Shown here piece by piece: positions 1 through 11,431 of a DNA stretch of 64,000 bases. How positions within the stretch are numbered: position 1 is the stretch's first letter; the number at the start of each line of letters is the position of its first letter. The position numbers were made by a program, and so were the translations under genes. The notes beneath the pieces are model-generated. The model was not told the DNA's origin. It saw only the letters and a list, made by a program, of their open reading frames with translations, and ran no database searches. Source of the stretch: Chiloscyllium plagiosum (Eukaryota); assembly GCF_004010195.1 (NCBI RefSeq), contig NC_057754.1, positions 10,641,239-10,705,238 on the forward strand, in the 5' to 3' direction.

Positions 1-2613
1 GTCCCTCAGGATTCCCTCCAACAACGTGCCCACCACCGAGGTCAGGCTCACCGGTCTATAGTTCCCTGGCTTGTCTTTACCGCCCTTCTTAAACAGTGGC
101 ACCACGTTTGCCAACCTCCAGTCTTCCGGCACCTCACCTGTGACTATCGATGATACAAATATCTCGGCAAGAGGCTCAACAATCACTTCTCTAGCTTCCC
201 ACAGAGTTCTCGGATACACCTGATCAGGTCCTGGGGATTTATCCACCTTTAACCGTTTCAAAACATCCAGCACTTCCTCCTCTATAATCTGGACATTTTG
301 CAAGATGTCACCATCTATTTCCCTGCAGTCTATATCTTCCAATTCCTTTTCCACGTAAACACTGATGCAAAATATTCATTTAGTATCTTCCTCCATTTTC
401 TGTGGCTCCACACAAAGGCCTCCTTGCTGATCTTTGAGGGGCCCTATTTTCTCCCTAGTTACCCTTTTGTCCTTTATATATTCGTAAAAACCCTTTGGAT
501 TCTCCTTAATTCTATTTGCCAAAGCTATCTCATGTCCATGTTTTGCCCTCCTGATTTCCCTCTTAAGTATACTCCTACTTCCTTTATACTCTTCTAAGGA
601 TTCACTTGATCAATCCTATCTATATCTGACATATGCTTCCTTTTTTTTCTTACCAAACCCCCAATTTCTTTAGTCATCCAGCATTCCCTATACCTACCAG
701 CCTTCCCTTTCACCCTGACAGGATATACTCTCTCTGGATTCTTGTTATCTCATTTCTGAAGGCTTCTCATTTTCCAGCCGTCCCTTTACCTGAGAACATC
801 TGCCCCCAATCAGCTTTCGAAAGTTCTTGCCTAATACCATCAAAATTGGCCTTTCTCTAATTTAGAACTTCAACTTTTAGATCTGGTCTGTCCCTTTCCG
901 TCACAATTTTAAAACAAATAGAATTATGGTCGCTGGCCCCAAAGTGCTCCCCCACTGACCCCTCAGTCACCTGCCCAGCCTTATTTCCCAAGAGTAGGTC
1001 CAGTTTTGCACTTTCTCTAGTAGGTACATCCACATACTGAATCAAAAAATTGTCTTGTACGCACTAAAGAAATTCCTCTCCATCTAAACCTTTAACACTA
1101 TGGCAGTCCCAGTCGATGTTTGGAAAGTTAAAATCCCCTACCATAACTACCCTATTATTCTTACAGATAGCGGAGATCTCCTTACAAATTTGTTTCTCAA
1201 TTTCCCTCTGACTATTGGGGGGTCTATAATACAATCCCAAGAAGGTGATCATCCCTTTCTTATTTCTTTTCCACCCAAATAACTTCCCTGGATGTATTTC
1301 CAGGAATATCCTCCGTCAGCACAGCTGTAATGCTATCCCTTATCAAAAATGCCACTCCCCCTCCTCTCTTGCCTCCCTTTCTATCCTTCCTGTAGCATTT
1401 GTACCCTGGAACATTAAGCTGCCAGTCCTGCCCATCCCTGAGCCATGTTTCCGTAATTGCTATGATATCCCAGTCCCATGTTCCTAACCATGCCCTGAGT
1501 TCATCTGCCTTCCCTGTTAGGCCTCTTGCATTGAAATAAATGCAGTTTAATTTATCAGTCCTACCTTGTTCTCTAATTTGTCCCTGCCTGCCCTGACTGT
1601 TTGACCCNNNNNNNNNNNNNNNNNNNNNNNNNNNNNNNNNNNNNNNNNNNNNNNNNNNNNNNNNNNNNNNNNNNNNNNNNNNNNNNNNNNNNNNNNNNNN
1701 NNNNNNNNNNNNNNNNNNNNNNNNNNNNNNNNNNNNNNNNNNNNNNNNNNNNNNNNNNNNNNNNNNNNNNNNNNNNNNNNNNNNNNNNNNNNNNNNNNNN
1801 NNNNNNNNNNNNNNNNNNNNNNNNNNNNNNNNNNNNNNNNNNNNNNNNNNNNNNNNNNNNNNNNNNNNNNNNNNNNNNNNNNNNNNNNNNNNNNNNNNNN
1901 NNNNNNNNNNNNNNNNNNNNNNNNNNNNNNNNNNACTCCCTACATTTTCCAAAACAGCATACCTGTTTGAAATGGGTATATCCACAAATGACTCCTGCTC
2001 TAGCTGCCTCCCTCTCTTACCCTTCCTGGAGTTAACCCGTCTATGTGACTGTATCTGAGACTTTTCCCCCCTTCCTATAACTGCCATCCATCACATACTG
2101 TTGCTGTTGCAAATTCCTCATCGCTTCTGTCTGTCTCTCCAACCGATCCACTCGATCTGATAAGATTCGCATCCAACAGCATTTACGGCAGATATAATCC
2201 GCAGTAACCCTTAAACCCTCTTTAAACTCCCACATTTGACAAGAAATACATATCACTGCAAAGGCCATTTTTGCTCCTTCACAATCTACAGACCCAGAAA
2301 ATAACACCGTCTTATTCCTCTACAAACACTGCCCCAGGTTAAATTAATAGCTATGGCTTATATTTTAAGTTTAATCAAGAGACTTATCTCCCAAAAACAA
2401 AAAAATCAAGAAAGACCCCACTGTACTCACTAATACAGCTTTTCTCTTGGACAGACCTAAAGCAACAATTAACTTATCTGATGCTGTGCTGTGAACTTCG
2501 CCCAACAGTTCCTCCAAGATCAGTTGTGAATTTCACTGTTTGTTAATTTTCCCAGATGGACTCCGATGTCCAGCAATACACGAATTCAAACAGCAAAGGC
2601 GGTAACTGTGCAG

Positions 2614-2647
<34 letters not shown>

Positions 2648-2880
2648 GCATTGTCATCTTCATGTGTTTCCTTTGTCTGCTCTTCTCCCTTTTAAAACTG
2701 CTGTTGTTTTGACTTTTCTTTTTCCCCAAAGTTCCAAAACAATGCAACAGCATATAAAACAGTAATTGCTGCTCCTGGAATTCGAGGAAATCACCTCCAA
2801 CACCTAAAATACCTCAAAAATAGGAGCAGCTCTTTCAGCCAGAAATTTTTCCCGCCCTCCATCTTGGATTACCCAGAATC
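1..2880 (-). mobile_element. CR1 LINE, 5' half (5'UTR, ORF1, APE endonuclease, start of RT linker), decayed; spans assembly gap
   Basis: ORF1 CxxC..CxxC/coiled coil MAFAVICISCQMWE...YICRKC (2041-2307). APE motifs YFNARGL, IAITETWL, GDFNFP, LDLLL, SDHN (857-1550). Runs off the window's left edge. Confidence 0.9.
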
Positions 2881-3411
2881 CATCCTCAAATTATCCACTT
2901 TAAGCCTTTAAGATTTTTTTTAAAAATTGTTTAAAAATAAAAGAGGCCTGGCCAGTTCTGCCAGTTCAGGTTTTTCTAGTTTTTTCAGCTGTCGCAGTCA
3001 CAATTTGTGTGAGTACCAGAAGGGTTGCAAGCTTCAGTAAATAATTTCTAATTGAATTTCTCCGAAATCTCTCTGGATGGTGCTCCCTCCCAAATATAAG
3101 AATCTATGTTTGAGTTTCCCTTTTTGCCAACTCGTGTGTTTGTAGGATGTTACTATATTGGAACAGTTAACCAGTTATTGAGTATTCAGTTAAGTTTTCC
3201 AACATTCAAGTTATTCTAAATCCTGCTTGCTTTTGGTCATATTTTAACTGTAGTGGTTAAATAAATTTGCATTTTGCATAAAGCTGAGTGGTTTGACCAG
3301 ATGCATCACATCTGGAACACTCACTTCACATCTACCTTTAAAATACGAAAAAGTTAGGGTCTAGGTTACCTTGTTAAAATATTTTGAGGCGGTCTGGCCT
3401 GTTCCATAACA
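2881..3411 (+). mobile_element. Truncated LTR of the Gypsy/Gmr1-like family seen at 55-61 kb
   Basis: Ends ...ggtctggcctgttccataaca, the reverse complement of the LTR terminus at 4612, 55042 and 60407. The left part is cut by the CR1. Confidence 0.75.
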
Positions 3412-3429
3412 GAACTCCGTAACAATTTG

Positions 3430-4130
3430 TCCACAATGGGAAATGGGTGATGTTTCCTCATTCCTGCTTCATTCCCCTCTTGCAGAGCAACACAGAATCT
3501 GATGGCACTGTTTGGTTTTGACACTACAACTGCAGGGCTCACAGCAGAAAAGGATGATGTGGATATAGCAATCCAAGAAGAGTAGTGTGAAGTAGAAGAC
3601 AAAATAATCATCATGAAAGAGGAGGTGTTCAAAGTGTTGGAATCATTGGAAGTGTATAAGTCACAAGGATGTTGCCAGGGTTGGAGGGTTTGAGTTAAAG
3701 TGAGAGGCTGAATAAGCTGGAGCTATTTTCCCTGGAGTGTCAGAGGTTGAAGGGTAATCTTATAGAAGTTTATAAAATCATGAAGGACATAAATCAGGTG
3801 AATAGCCACTGTCTTTTCCCCAGGGTGACAGAATCCAAACCTTGAGGGTGCAGGATTAAAGTGAGTGGGGAAAGATTTAAAAGGGACCTGAGGGGCAACT
3901 TTTTCACACAGTGGTTGTTGCGTATATGGAATGAACTGCCAGAGGAAGTGGTGGAATCTGGTAGAGTAACAACATTTAAAAGACATCTGGATGATGATAT
4001 GAATGGGAAGGGCTTAGAGGTATATGGGTCAAGTGCTGGCAAACGGGACTAGATTAATTTAGGATATCTGATTGGCCAGAAGTTGAACAAAAGCATCTGT
4101 TTCCACACATTACCACTCTACAACTCTAGA
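3430..4130 (+). mobile_element. CR1 RT C-terminal/3' end fragments
   Basis: GERFKRDLRGNFFTQ..WNELPEEVVE translation (3861-4052) and CR1 3' tail. Confidence 0.85.
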
Positions 4131-4611
4131 CACATGTGAGCTGTGGGAGGGCTGGAGAAACCCAAATGTGGTTTCATTATTTAAAAAGTGGACCAAGGAA
4201 ATGCCAAACAGCTATAGGCCAGTCAACCTTGCCTTGGTGATGGGCAATTATAAGAACTAACCCTGAGAAATCAGATAACCTGTCACTTAAAAATGCATTA
4301 GACCATAAGAAATAAGAGTGGAAGTAAGGCCATTTGGCCCATTGGGTCCACTCCACCATTCAATCATGGCTGATGGGCATTTCAACGCCACTTACCCGCA
4401 CTCTCCCCGTATCCCTAGTCAGGGATAGTCAGCATTGCTTTGTTAAGTCAAGCTTAACAAATTTAATTGAATTCTTTTAGGAATTGGCAAGGAGGATTGA
4501 TGTGAGGATATTGTTTAAATGGATTTTGTTAACTCTAACCCTAACCCTATCGCAATCACATTTGACAAGGTCCCACATAGCAGACTGGTCAGCATATGCA
4601 TAAATACATAT

Positions 4612-5273
4612 TGTTATGAACCAGGCCAGACCCCCTCAAAACATTTCAAGAAAGTAACCCAGACACTAACTTCGCTCGTTTTTTTAAGCAGCTGTAACGC
4701 ACATATTCCAGGAGAGATGTAGCTGGCCAACCGACTTAGTTTTCAACTAAACAGAATTTATTTCTAAGATTACCAAATGAAACACAAACGAGAGAATAGA
4801 ATACTGAATAACAACCTACCCGAATACCCAAAAGATTATATCAGTTTAATGATGCTGTTCATAAAGCTCAAACTTTCCAACTCTGGCAACACCCTTGTAA
4901 TAATTCCCATAAACACCGCTTGGGACTAAAGGTAAAATCAAATACAGGGTCGGACAACAGAGAGGCAAGAGAGAGAGTACCAGCCTGGAACTGTCTCTTT
5001 GGGTCCAGCAGCTTTTTTTCACACAGCTCTTAAAAACCAAACCAAACCAAACCAGAGAAAAGCTGAGCTGGGAGAACTGGCTGCTCCCCTTCCATTGTAC
5101 ACGTGTTGTTTAAACTTGAAAGCCTTTGGCCTGAGGCAGTATCCGTTATCTACCCTCAAACCAGCCCTAAAACCCTTCAACCCCAGACTTTTTGGAGTCT
5201 GTGTCTTCTACGACCTCTCTGGAAATAAAAGCCAACCACAACATAACCTTGTTAAAGGCGCATCATCACCACA
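4612..5273 (-). mobile_element. Solo LTR (TG...CA) with 4-bp TSD ATAT, inserted in a decayed CR1
   Basis: TSD atat at 4608-4611 and 5274-5277. Clear homology to the LTRs at 55042 and 60407. Confidence 0.85.
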
Positions 5274-5313
5274 ATATACAAACAAAATATACCATGGGCT
5301 ACAGGGTAATGTG

Positions 5314-5443
5314 GTAAAAACAATGACTGCAGATGCTGGAAACCAGATTCTGGATTAGTAGTGCTGGAAGAGCACAGCAATTCAGGCAGCATCCGAGGAC
5401 AGGCAAAATCGACGTTTCGGGCAAAAGCCCTTCATCAGGAATT
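5314..5443 (-). mobile_element. Short non-autonomous Penelope-derived element carrying a hammerhead motif
   Basis: 8-bp direct repeat gtaatgtg at 5306-5313 and 5444-5451. Same family as 17087, 28271 and 31138. Confidence 0.75.
5407..5442 (-). ncRNA. Minimal type I hammerhead ribozyme motif
   Basis: Minus strand reads attc-CTGATGA-a-gggc-tttt-gccc-GAAA-cg-TC-gatt: intact core, 4-bp stem II, GUC triplet, palindromic minimal stem III. Confidence 0.75.
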
Positions 5444-5999
5444 GTAATGTGTTGAATTGTAGTTTCTGTCTTCAGTGCTTCTGATATAATTCCAGTTGCA
5501 TGTTCCAGCAGTATTGAAAGCAGTGAATTTGTTACAGAGCTCAGCATTTTTGATTATTCAGGACAACGTTCAAGCTTTTAGTGCTGTGTTCTGTTATGGG
5601 TGAGAGTTTGCATGGCCTGGGGCTAGTGTGGCTCCTTTACACTGGATCTGAATCCATATCCATCCATTGCTCTCTTTTATGTTTGCCCTCCCGGATCTCC
5701 CCTCTGCCTTTGTCTAACTTTCTTTGGCCCTCACAATGGGTGTATTTTAACTCCGTTCTATTTTTTAATGTTACCTCTGCTGTTGTGCCTAAATTAGGTT
5801 TGCACCACTGCCTATCCCCTGACTGTGTGTTGCTGATATACCAATTTTACCTTCCTATAGAATCTTTAATCGTCAGAAATTGTTTTCACTGCATTTCTGT
5901 GAACTGCTATTCTGCAAATTATGAGCTTCGGCCAGTTCACATAACCTCCATTTTTAATTTTGTGGTTTCTGTCTCACTCTCTTTGTACTGTCTAAATCA

Positions 6000-7495
6000 G
6001 TTCCATGGGATTATCCTAAGATTCTCTGTGAAGCCAAGAGGAGATTGCAGAACCCTTGGCTTTGATCTTTATGCTGACATTGTCTACAGGAATAGTGCCA
6101 GAAGACTGGAGGACAGCAAATGTCCCCTTGTTCCAGAAGGGGAGTAGAGGCAACCCTGGTAACTATAGACCAGTGAGCCTTACTTTGATTGTGGGTAAAG
6201 TGTAGGAAAAGGTTAGAAGAGATAGAATATATAATAATCTAGAGAGGAATAAGTTGGTTAGGGATAGTCAACATAGTTTTGTGAAGGGTAGGTTATGTCT
6301 TATGAATCTTATTCAGTTCTTTGAGATGGTGACCTAAGTGGTGGATGAGGGTAAAGTGGTCGTTGTGTGTGCAGATTTCAGTAAGGCATTTGATAAGGTT
6401 CTCCACGGTGGGGTATTGCAGAGGGATTGAGGGTGATTTATCGATTTGGATCAGAATTTGGCTAGCTGAAAGAAGACAGAGGGTGGTTGTTGATAGGAAA
6501 TGTTCATCCTGGAATTTAGTTACTAGTTGTGTACCGCAAGGATCTGTTTTGGGGTCATTGCTGTTGGTCATTTTTATAAATGACCTAGATGGGGACGTAA
6601 AAGGATGGGTTCGAAATTTGCAGATGTCGCTAAGGTTAGTGGAGTTGTAGATCATGCTGAAGGATGTTGCAGGTTCCAGAGGGACATATATAAGCTGCAA
6701 AGCTCGGCTGAGAGGTGGCAAATGGAGTTTAATGTGGAAAAGTGTGATGTGATTAATTTTGGAAGGAGTAACAGGAATAAAGAGTACTGGAATAATGGCA
6801 AGATTGTTGGTAGTGCAAATGAGCAGACAGATCTTGATGTCCATATACATAGATCCCTGAAAGTTGCCACAAAGGTTGATAGGGTTGTTAAGAATGCATA
6901 GTGTGTTAGCTGTTATTGTTGGAAGGATCGAGTTTCAGAGATCACACTGCAACTGTACAAAACTCTGGTGCAGCCGCACTTGGAATATTGCGTACAGTTC
7001 TGATCACCACATTATACGAAGGATTTGGGAGCTTTGGAAAGGGGTCAGAGGAAGTTTACTAGGATGTTGCCTGGTATGGAGGGAAGGTCTTATGAAGAAA
7101 GGCTGAGCGACGTGAGATTGTTTTCGTTAGAGAGAAGATTGAGAGGTGATGTAATTGAGACATATAAGATAATCAGAGGGTTAGATAGGATGGACAGTGA
7201 GACCCTTTTTTCTCAGATGGTGATGGCTAGCATGTGGGGACATAGCTTTAAATTGAGGGGTGATAGATACAGAACAGATGTCAGAGGTAGTTTCTTTACT
7301 CAGCAGTAGAGGCATGGAACGCACTGCCTGAAGCAATAGTAAACTCGCTGACTTTAAGGGCATTTAAATGGTTATTGGATAAGCATATGGATGAAAATGG
7401 AATAGTGTAGGATAGATGGGCTTCAGATTGCTTCACAGGTTGATGCAACATTGAGGGCTGAAGGGCCTGTACTGTGCTATAATGTTCTATGTCTG
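6000..7495 (+). mobile_element. CR1 RT and 3' end, decayed
   Basis: [30 protein letters not shown] motifs in ORF fragments 6345-7309. Confidence 0.9.
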
Positions 7496-7527
7496 TCTGC
7501 ACAGAGTGTGCGAAGAGATTTATTAAT

Positions 7528-7946
7528 GTTGTGGTTCTGTTCGCCGAGCTGGAAGTTTTTGTTGCAATCGTTTCGTCCCCTGGATAGGCGACATCATCAG
7601 TGCTTGGGAGCCTCCTGCGAAGCACTTCTTTGATGTTTCCTTAAGGATAGCTGGTCGTGTCGTTTCGTGGCTAGTTGATGTTCATGTATGCGGATTGTTA
7701 GCTGTCTTCCTGTTTGTCCTATATAGTGTTTTGTGCAGTCCTTGCATGGTATTTTGTACACTGGTATTTTGGGACAGACCACTATAAACACTGGAGGAAA
7801 CATCAAAGAAGCGCTTCGCAGGAGGCTCCTAAGCACTGATGATGTCGCCTAGCCAGGGGACGAACGTTTGCAACAAAAACTTCCAGCTCGGCGAACAGAA
7901 CCACAACAACGAGCACCCGAACTACAAATCTTCGCACAAACTTTGA
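7528..7946 (+). mobile_element. Penelope-like element, 5'-truncated with inverted segment; GIY-YIG fragment and two hammerhead motifs
   Basis: Minus ORF VYKIPCKDCTKHYIGQTGRQLTIRIHEH (GIY-YIG). Inverted repeat of about 113 bp (7528-7640 vs about 7796-7907). 12-bp TSD agatttattaat at 7516-7527 and 7947-7958. Confidence 0.85.
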
Positions 7947-8019
7947 AGATTTATTAATTCATTAATTAATTAAACCAGGTGACACATCAGCAAGTTCACA
8001 CTGACGAGAGATTGTTTCA

Positions 8020-8955
8020 GTTTAAAGGATCGGTACTGGGTCCACTGCTTTTTGTCATTTATGTAAATTATGTACAGTTTGTAAATTTGCAAATGACACC
8101 AAACTAGATGGTGTAGTGAACAGCGAAGAAGGTTACCTCAGAGTATAGCAGGGTCTTGATCAGATGGGCCATTGTCCTGAGGAGGGGCAGATGAAGTTTA
8201 ATTCAGATAAATGTCAGATTCTGCACTTTGGAAAGACTTAATGGTAAGGTCCTGCAACATGTTGTTGAACAGAAATACCTTGGAGTGCAGCTTCATAGTT
8301 CCTTGAAAGTGGAGTGGCAGGTAGATAGGATAGTGAAGAAGGTGTTCCGTATGCTTGCTGTTATTGGTCAGTCCATTGAGCATAGGAATTGGATAGTCTG
8401 TGCAGGACAGTGGTTTGGCCACTTTTGGAATATTGCATGCAATTCTGTCTCCCTGCTACAAGAAAGATATTGAAACTTGAATGAGTTTAGAAAAGATTTA
8501 CAAGGATGTTGCCAGAGTTGGAAAGTTTGAGCTTTATGGACAGGTTAAATTGGCTGGGGCTACTTTCCCTGGAACCTGGGATGCTGAGGTTTATAAAATT
8601 ATGAGGGGCTTGGATAGAGTAAATAAACAAGGTCATTTCCCCGCTGTAGGATAATCCAAAACTAAAGGGCATAGGTTTAAGGTGAGAGCGGAAAGATTTA
8701 AAAGGGACATAAAGGGCAACTTTTTCATGCAGAGGGTGGTGCGTGTATGGAATGAGCTGCCAGAAGAAATAATGAAGTCCAGTACAATGACAACATTTAA
8801 AACACATCTGAATGGGTATATGAATAGGAGGGTTTTGAGGGATATGGGCCAAATGCTCACAAATGGGACGAGATTAGTTTAGGATTTCTGGTCGACATGG
8901 ACGAGTTTGGCTGAAGGGTCTGTTTTCCTTGCTGTACATCTCTCTGACTCTATAA
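8020..8955 (+). mobile_element. CR1 RT/3' end, decayed
   Basis: ERFKRDIKGNFFMQRVVRVWNELP and a ctctgactcta tail. Confidence 0.85.
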
Positions 8956-9241
8956 CTACGGATGCTGGAAATCTGTAACAAAGAAAATACTGGAGAAACT
9001 TTGCAGGTCTGACAAAATCTGTGATATAAAAACAGAGATAAGGTCCCTAGTCTGGTGATCATTCATCGGAACTAAAATCAGCTCGGAAATGGTGGTATAG
9101 ATGCTGATTAATGGGTGAGTTGAGGGAAAAGAAAGGCTGATGAATGGAGACAGACCCTCGGGAAAGAGACACTTATTGGGAAGGCTGTGAGCAAATGGCT
9201 GGGAATTTGGGATGGATTTGCAGCGTTTCTCCAATGAGAGA

Positions 9242-9552
9242 ATACTGCCTTATTCGCTGCAAATGATTAATCCCGGGGCAGAGAAAGGGAGGATCCCGCC
9301 ACTCATCTCACAATAGGACCTGGCTGATTGACGGCAGCCCATTGGCCAATAGGAGGAGAGTGGGCGGGGCTGGCAGTGCAAGGGTCCTCCAACCAATGGG
9401 AATGAATGAGGGACGGGGCTAGTGGTACGACATATGCCCGTATGATCCAGCAGAGACTGGGAGTGTAGGGGTATCAGTGTGGACTGGGAGGTTTTATAAA
9501 CACCCGAATTAGAAAGTCCCGCGTTTGCAGCAAACGGGAAAACATACGGGCT
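9242..9552 (+). promoter_or_regulatory. Inverted paralogue of the ZNF promoter module at 14482-14878
   Basis: Collinear reverse-complement similarity: ggatcccgccactca, gctgattgacggca, ggtcctccaaccaat.ggaatgaa, and a 28-nt exact match. Contains CCAAT and GC boxes. Confidence 0.7.
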
Positions 9553-9592
9553 TTCCCTTACTCTCAATGTATCTTCTCCCAGAGACGTGCTG

Positions 9593-9725
9593 ATGAGAAA
9601 CTGTTGGAAAAGCTCAGCAGGTGTCTCAGACGAAGGGTCATTGGATCCAAAACGTTAACTCTGATTTCTCTCCCTAGATGTTGCTAGATTGCTGAGCTTT
9701 TCCAGCAATTTCTGTTTTCGTTTCT
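9593..9725 (+). mobile_element. Short Penelope-derived element with degenerate hammerhead
   Basis: cAGACGAa-gggtc...gatcc-AAAA-cg-TT with inverted gctggaaaagctcagca-like arms. Confidence 0.5.
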
Positions 9726-10558
9726 ATAGAGAGTAATCAGGGCCAGAAATCGCACACTACCATGTTATAGTCCAACAGGTTTATTTGAAATCACAAGCTT
9801 TTACAGCGCTGATCCTTGACTTGACCAAGGGGTAGCAGTGGACCCCGCTGAGTTTTTCCATCAATTGCTGTTTATCTTTCTGATTTCCAGCATCATCCTT
9901 TCTCTTGGTGCTTGTGTGAAAAAGAAATAACTTCTTCCCCTGTGCCCTGTATGGTGCACTGAATTTCCAGCATTTCGGGCTGTCCCTCACTCTGATTGTC
10001 CCGTTCCCTGCGACAAATAAACTCCAAGAGTTCCTTGCACTTGTTGGAAGTGAGGACAGAGGAGACATGGGAGCCGAAGAGCTCAAAATAAATTTGTGCT
10101 TTACAGATACGATAAAGGCACAATAGGTTTAACAAAAAGCTGATCTATATAATTTGTCACCCAACTAGGTAACCAGACATGTGGTGTTTAGAAACATCAT
10201 CAGAACCCAACCCAGAAAACATGGTTTGAATATAGGTAACAGTGGAATCAAGAAACGATTCAGAGAGAGATTCTTGGGAACTCATTGATGATTAACCAGG
10301 CCTAATGAACCAAGAAATCCCTTTTCACAAATCGTGTAGGTGGATAATCTTTACCCAGTGTGTATATGTTGATATACAGTAACGATAAGATACTTTCCAA
10401 AACCTACCCTCCAGTTACAGGGTAACTGTTACAAATGTAAAGAAAATTATCTCCATTTTACAAGCTTTTACTGAGCAGGAATGAACAACATCAGTACAAA
10501 TGATCCAAAGACCACAGTTCATTCCTTGATGTGAGTGAAAGCAAAATCCTTCAGTTGG

Positions 10559-11431
10559 TTATTTGTGACTTTGCTGGTGTCTCAGCAGGCTGGATGATCG
10601 AATGAATCCCTTCCCACACTCTGAACAGGTGGATGGTTTCTTCCCAGTGTGAACCTGCTGATGTGTCAGCAAGTGAATTGCTTGAGTGAATGCTTTCCCA
10701 CACTCAGAACAGGTGAATGGTCGCTCTCTAGTGTGAATTCGCTGGTGTGTTAGCAGGTTGGATGACTGTGGGAATGCCTTCCCACACACAAAACAGGTGA
10801 ATGGTTTCTCCCCAGTGTGAGTTCGCCGGTGTATCAATAGATGAGATGAGCAAGTGAATCCTTTCCCACACTCAGAACAGGCAAATGGCCTCTGCCCAGT
10901 GTGAATTCGCTGGTGGGTCAGTAGATGAGTTGCCTGCGTGAATGCTTTCCCACACTCAGAACAGGAGAATGGTCTCTCCCCAGTGTGAACTCGCTGATGT
11001 ATCAGCAGGTTGGATGACTGAGAGAATCCCTTCCCACACTCAAAACAGGTGAATGGTTTCTCCCCAGTGTGAATTCGCTGGTGTCTGAGCAGTTCGGATG
11101 ACTGAGTGAATCTTTTCCCACAATCAGAGCAGGTGAATGGTCTTTCCCCAGTGTGAACTCGCTGGTGTATCAGCAGTTTAGATGACCGAGAGAATCCCTT
11201 CCCACAATCAGAGCAAGTGTATGGCTTCTCCCCAGTGTGACTGCGTTGGTGAGTTTCCAGCTGGGATTGGTAAAGAAATCCCTTCCCACAATCCCCACAT
11301 TTCCAAAGTCTCTCCCCAGTGTGACTGCGCTGGCGTTGGGACATTTCAGATGAATCTTCACTGACCCTTCCACACACAGACGATTTGTGTTTCTCCCCAA
11401 TGTGAATGGTGCTTTTTCCTTCAATGTTCAA
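10559..11431 (-). CDS. C2H2 zinc-finger protein, 9 intact tandem fingers plus 1 degenerate; first ATG is at 11344 (261 aa)
   Basis: Uninterrupted ORF with CxxCx12HxxxH repeats and TGE(K/R)P linkers. The ORF-track start at 11431 is TTG. No KRAB or SCAN domain seen. Confidence 0.9.
   Translation of the reverse strand: MNIEGKSTIHIGEKHKSSVCGRVSEDSSEMSQRQRSHTGERLWKCGDCGKGFLYQSQLETHQRSHTGEKPYTCSDCGKGFSRSSKLLIHQRVHTGERPFTCSDCGKRFTQSSELLRHQRIHTGEKPFTCFECGKGFSQSSNLLIHQRVHTGERPFSCSECGKAFTQATHLLTHQRIHTGQRPFACSECGKGFTCSSHLLIHRRTHTGEKPFTCFVCGKAFPQSSNLLTHQRIHTRERPFTCSECGKAFTQAIHLLTHQQVHTGKKPSTCSECGKGFIRSSSLLRHQQSHK

Noticed and set aside
1260..2087. 275-aa ORF
   Set aside because: Spans an N gap and joins CR1 ORF1 to ORF2 artificially.
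4533..4549. Telomere-like ctaaccctaaccct
   Set aside because: Only about two units, too short to call an interstitial telomere.
5581..6147. 188-aa hydrophobic ORF
   Set aside because: GTG start, no recognisable domain, and it overlaps decayed CR1 fragments.
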